Assembly (NCBI GenBank): GCA_040879645.1
Contig: JBBDJY010000006.1
Span: 94,240-158,239 of the forward strand
Length of the DNA: 64,000 bases
Direction of reading: 5' to 3'
Source of the DNA: Minisyncoccota bacterium
Lineage (GTDB): Bacteria; Patescibacteriota; Minisyncoccia; Phycocordibacterales; XYD1-FULL-46-19
Each line of letters opens with the position of its first letter. Positions within the stretch are counted from its first letter, which is position 1. A program made the position numbers and the translations under genes. A model generated the notes under the pieces. The model saw only the letters and a list, made by a program, of their open reading frames with translations, was not told where the DNA came from and made no database searches. This document shows, one piece after another, positions 63,131 through 64,000 of this stretch.

Positions 63131-63724
63131 ATGAATAAGAGTATCGCTTACATTGGGGGGATGTTTGAAAGCAAGAAAGATAATCTTTTTTTAGATATTC
63201 AACAAAAACTTAGTGGTAAGTGTTATTTTATTGATATTTATCCGAACAACCAATTTGGTGCTTATTCTTTTTATACCGAAATAAAGAGAACAAGTAAACT
63301 CTTAGGAGAAATCCGGCCTGATTTAATTATCGCCCACAGTCTTGGTGCCTATATTGCGATGAATCTTAACATAAAGTGTCCACTCGTATTATTAGACCCA
63401 TCTTTAAGTGTTGACGATATAATTTTACCAAACATCAACGAAGGAAGGTATTTTGACGGAACGCATACCCTTAATTTGTCTCAAGAATTTTTAGAATCCT
63501 TGAAAACCTGCCCCTCGGTTGAAATATTATCAAAAAATTTGAAACATAATAATGTTTTTATCTTCGGGGCCGGCCAAGGCGGTTTTAAAATTGCCGAACG
63601 TTATCATAAACAAATTCATAATTCCAACTATTTTTTTCTCCCCAAAGCCGATCATGATTTTTCAAGGAAATCTGACCGGAAAAAAATACTAACCGTGATA
63701 CAAAAACAGCTCGGCTTTACTTAG
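63131..63724 (+). CDS. Alpha/beta hydrolase-fold protein (esterase-like).
   Basis: IIAHSLGAYIAMNL nucleophile elbow and a late HD, 197 aa. Confidence 0.55.
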   Translation: MNKSIAYIGGMFESKKDNLFLDIQQKLSGKCYFIDIYPNNQFGAYSFYTEIKRTSKLLGEIRPDLIIAHSLGAYIAMNLNIKCPLVLLDPSLSVDDIILPNINEGRYFDGTHTLNLSQEFLESLKTCPSVEILSKNLKHNNVFIFGAGQGGFKIAERYHKQIHNSNYFFLPKADHDFSRKSDRKKILTVIQKQLGFT

Positions 63725-64000
63725 CCGAGCTGTGAAGCATGTACTGACACAGAGTCTGAGTGATGGGTAAATCAGTAAGCTCTTCAATCCAAATCCAGTG
63801 CCCTTTGTTTTGTAGTCTATTGCCGAAACAAACTGCATTTTCCCTAAAATTTGAGTAGGGGTCAAAAAGTGGTAAAATTGATTAAACTTTAAGATATTTC
63901 ATGTCTATAGATATTACCGTAAAAATAGATAACAAAAGAGATCTTTCATTAATCAAAGATTTTTTCTTTAAAACGTCAACTCATCATTTCAAAGAGAGAA

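Noticed and set aside
1-64000. tRNA, rRNA and tmRNA genes.
   Set aside because: A scan of the intergenic regions for T-loop (GGTTCGAATCC-like) and acceptor features found none. Nothing supports an RNA gene call other than the small RNA at 29954-30118.

Overview
This 64-kb window reads like part of a compact, streamlined bacterial chromosome of about 45% GC; the gene content is consistent with a Patescibacteria/CPR-like organism, but that is inference only. No rRNA genes, tRNA genes or CRISPR arrays were found.

Known genes (positions 1-45,600): typA (5' partial), a DEAD-box helicase, ppsA, eno, a glycerate kinase and a 2-hydroxyacid dehydrogenase, obg, a glycogen-type cluster (glycosyltransferase, GH57, GH15, cupin), rmuC, rplU, recR, dnaB, cysS, ctpA, rplI, rpmA, a minus-strand cell-wall block (M23 peptidase, gltX, murG, ftsW, mraY, a D-Ala-D-Ala carboxypeptidase), scpAB, aspS, an ABC exporter, trpS and a RelE/AbrB-type toxin-antitoxin pair.

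Small acquired-looking islets interrupt this backbone:
- A promoter-plus-terminator small structured RNA at 29,954-30,118.
- A ~60% GC foreign-looking gene at 30,294-30,893.
- A lytic transglycosylase ORF with no canonical start codon at 31,054-31,527.
- A ~55-58% GC pair of secreted/lipoprotein genes at 45,850-47,270.

From about 47.3 kb to the end, the window is an AT-rich accessory region. It holds:
- an ANT-like nucleotidyltransferase, a GNAT acetyltransferase and an ABC-F ATPase;
- a standalone C39-like peptidase sitting behind two tiny ORFs, one of them a 22-aa Gly-rich, Cys-containing peptide;
- an orphan 7TM histidine kinase;
- a tight minus-strand operon of a nitroreductase-fold protein, an unknown 346-aa protein, a ThiF/E1-like enzyme with an N-terminal extension and a PaaK-like adenylating enzyme;
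- pyrD, a GreA-C-terminal-domain-only protein, a SAM methyltransferase, a protein with a Cys-rich tail, two HExxH proteins and an alpha/beta hydrolase.

Three genes share a conserved 5' leader cassette: a -10-like box, a covarying hairpin, and the motif AAACTTGGTCTTTGAAAGGAGGTGA. A roughly 110-bp repeated module carrying a 20-bp palindrome (TTGTTGGCAATAGCCGACAA) sits upstream of three loci. A separate palindromic repeat family (CCGAGGTTAAACCTCGG) recurs in four intergenic sites.

The most interesting hypothesis is a peptide-modification (RiPP/TOMM-like) system that lacks a recognisable YcaO. It would be built from the E1-like, nitroreductase-fold and adenylating genes, together with the nearby Gly/Cys-rich micro-ORF and the C39-like peptidase.

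All functional calls come from motif recognition by eye. No database searches were possible.
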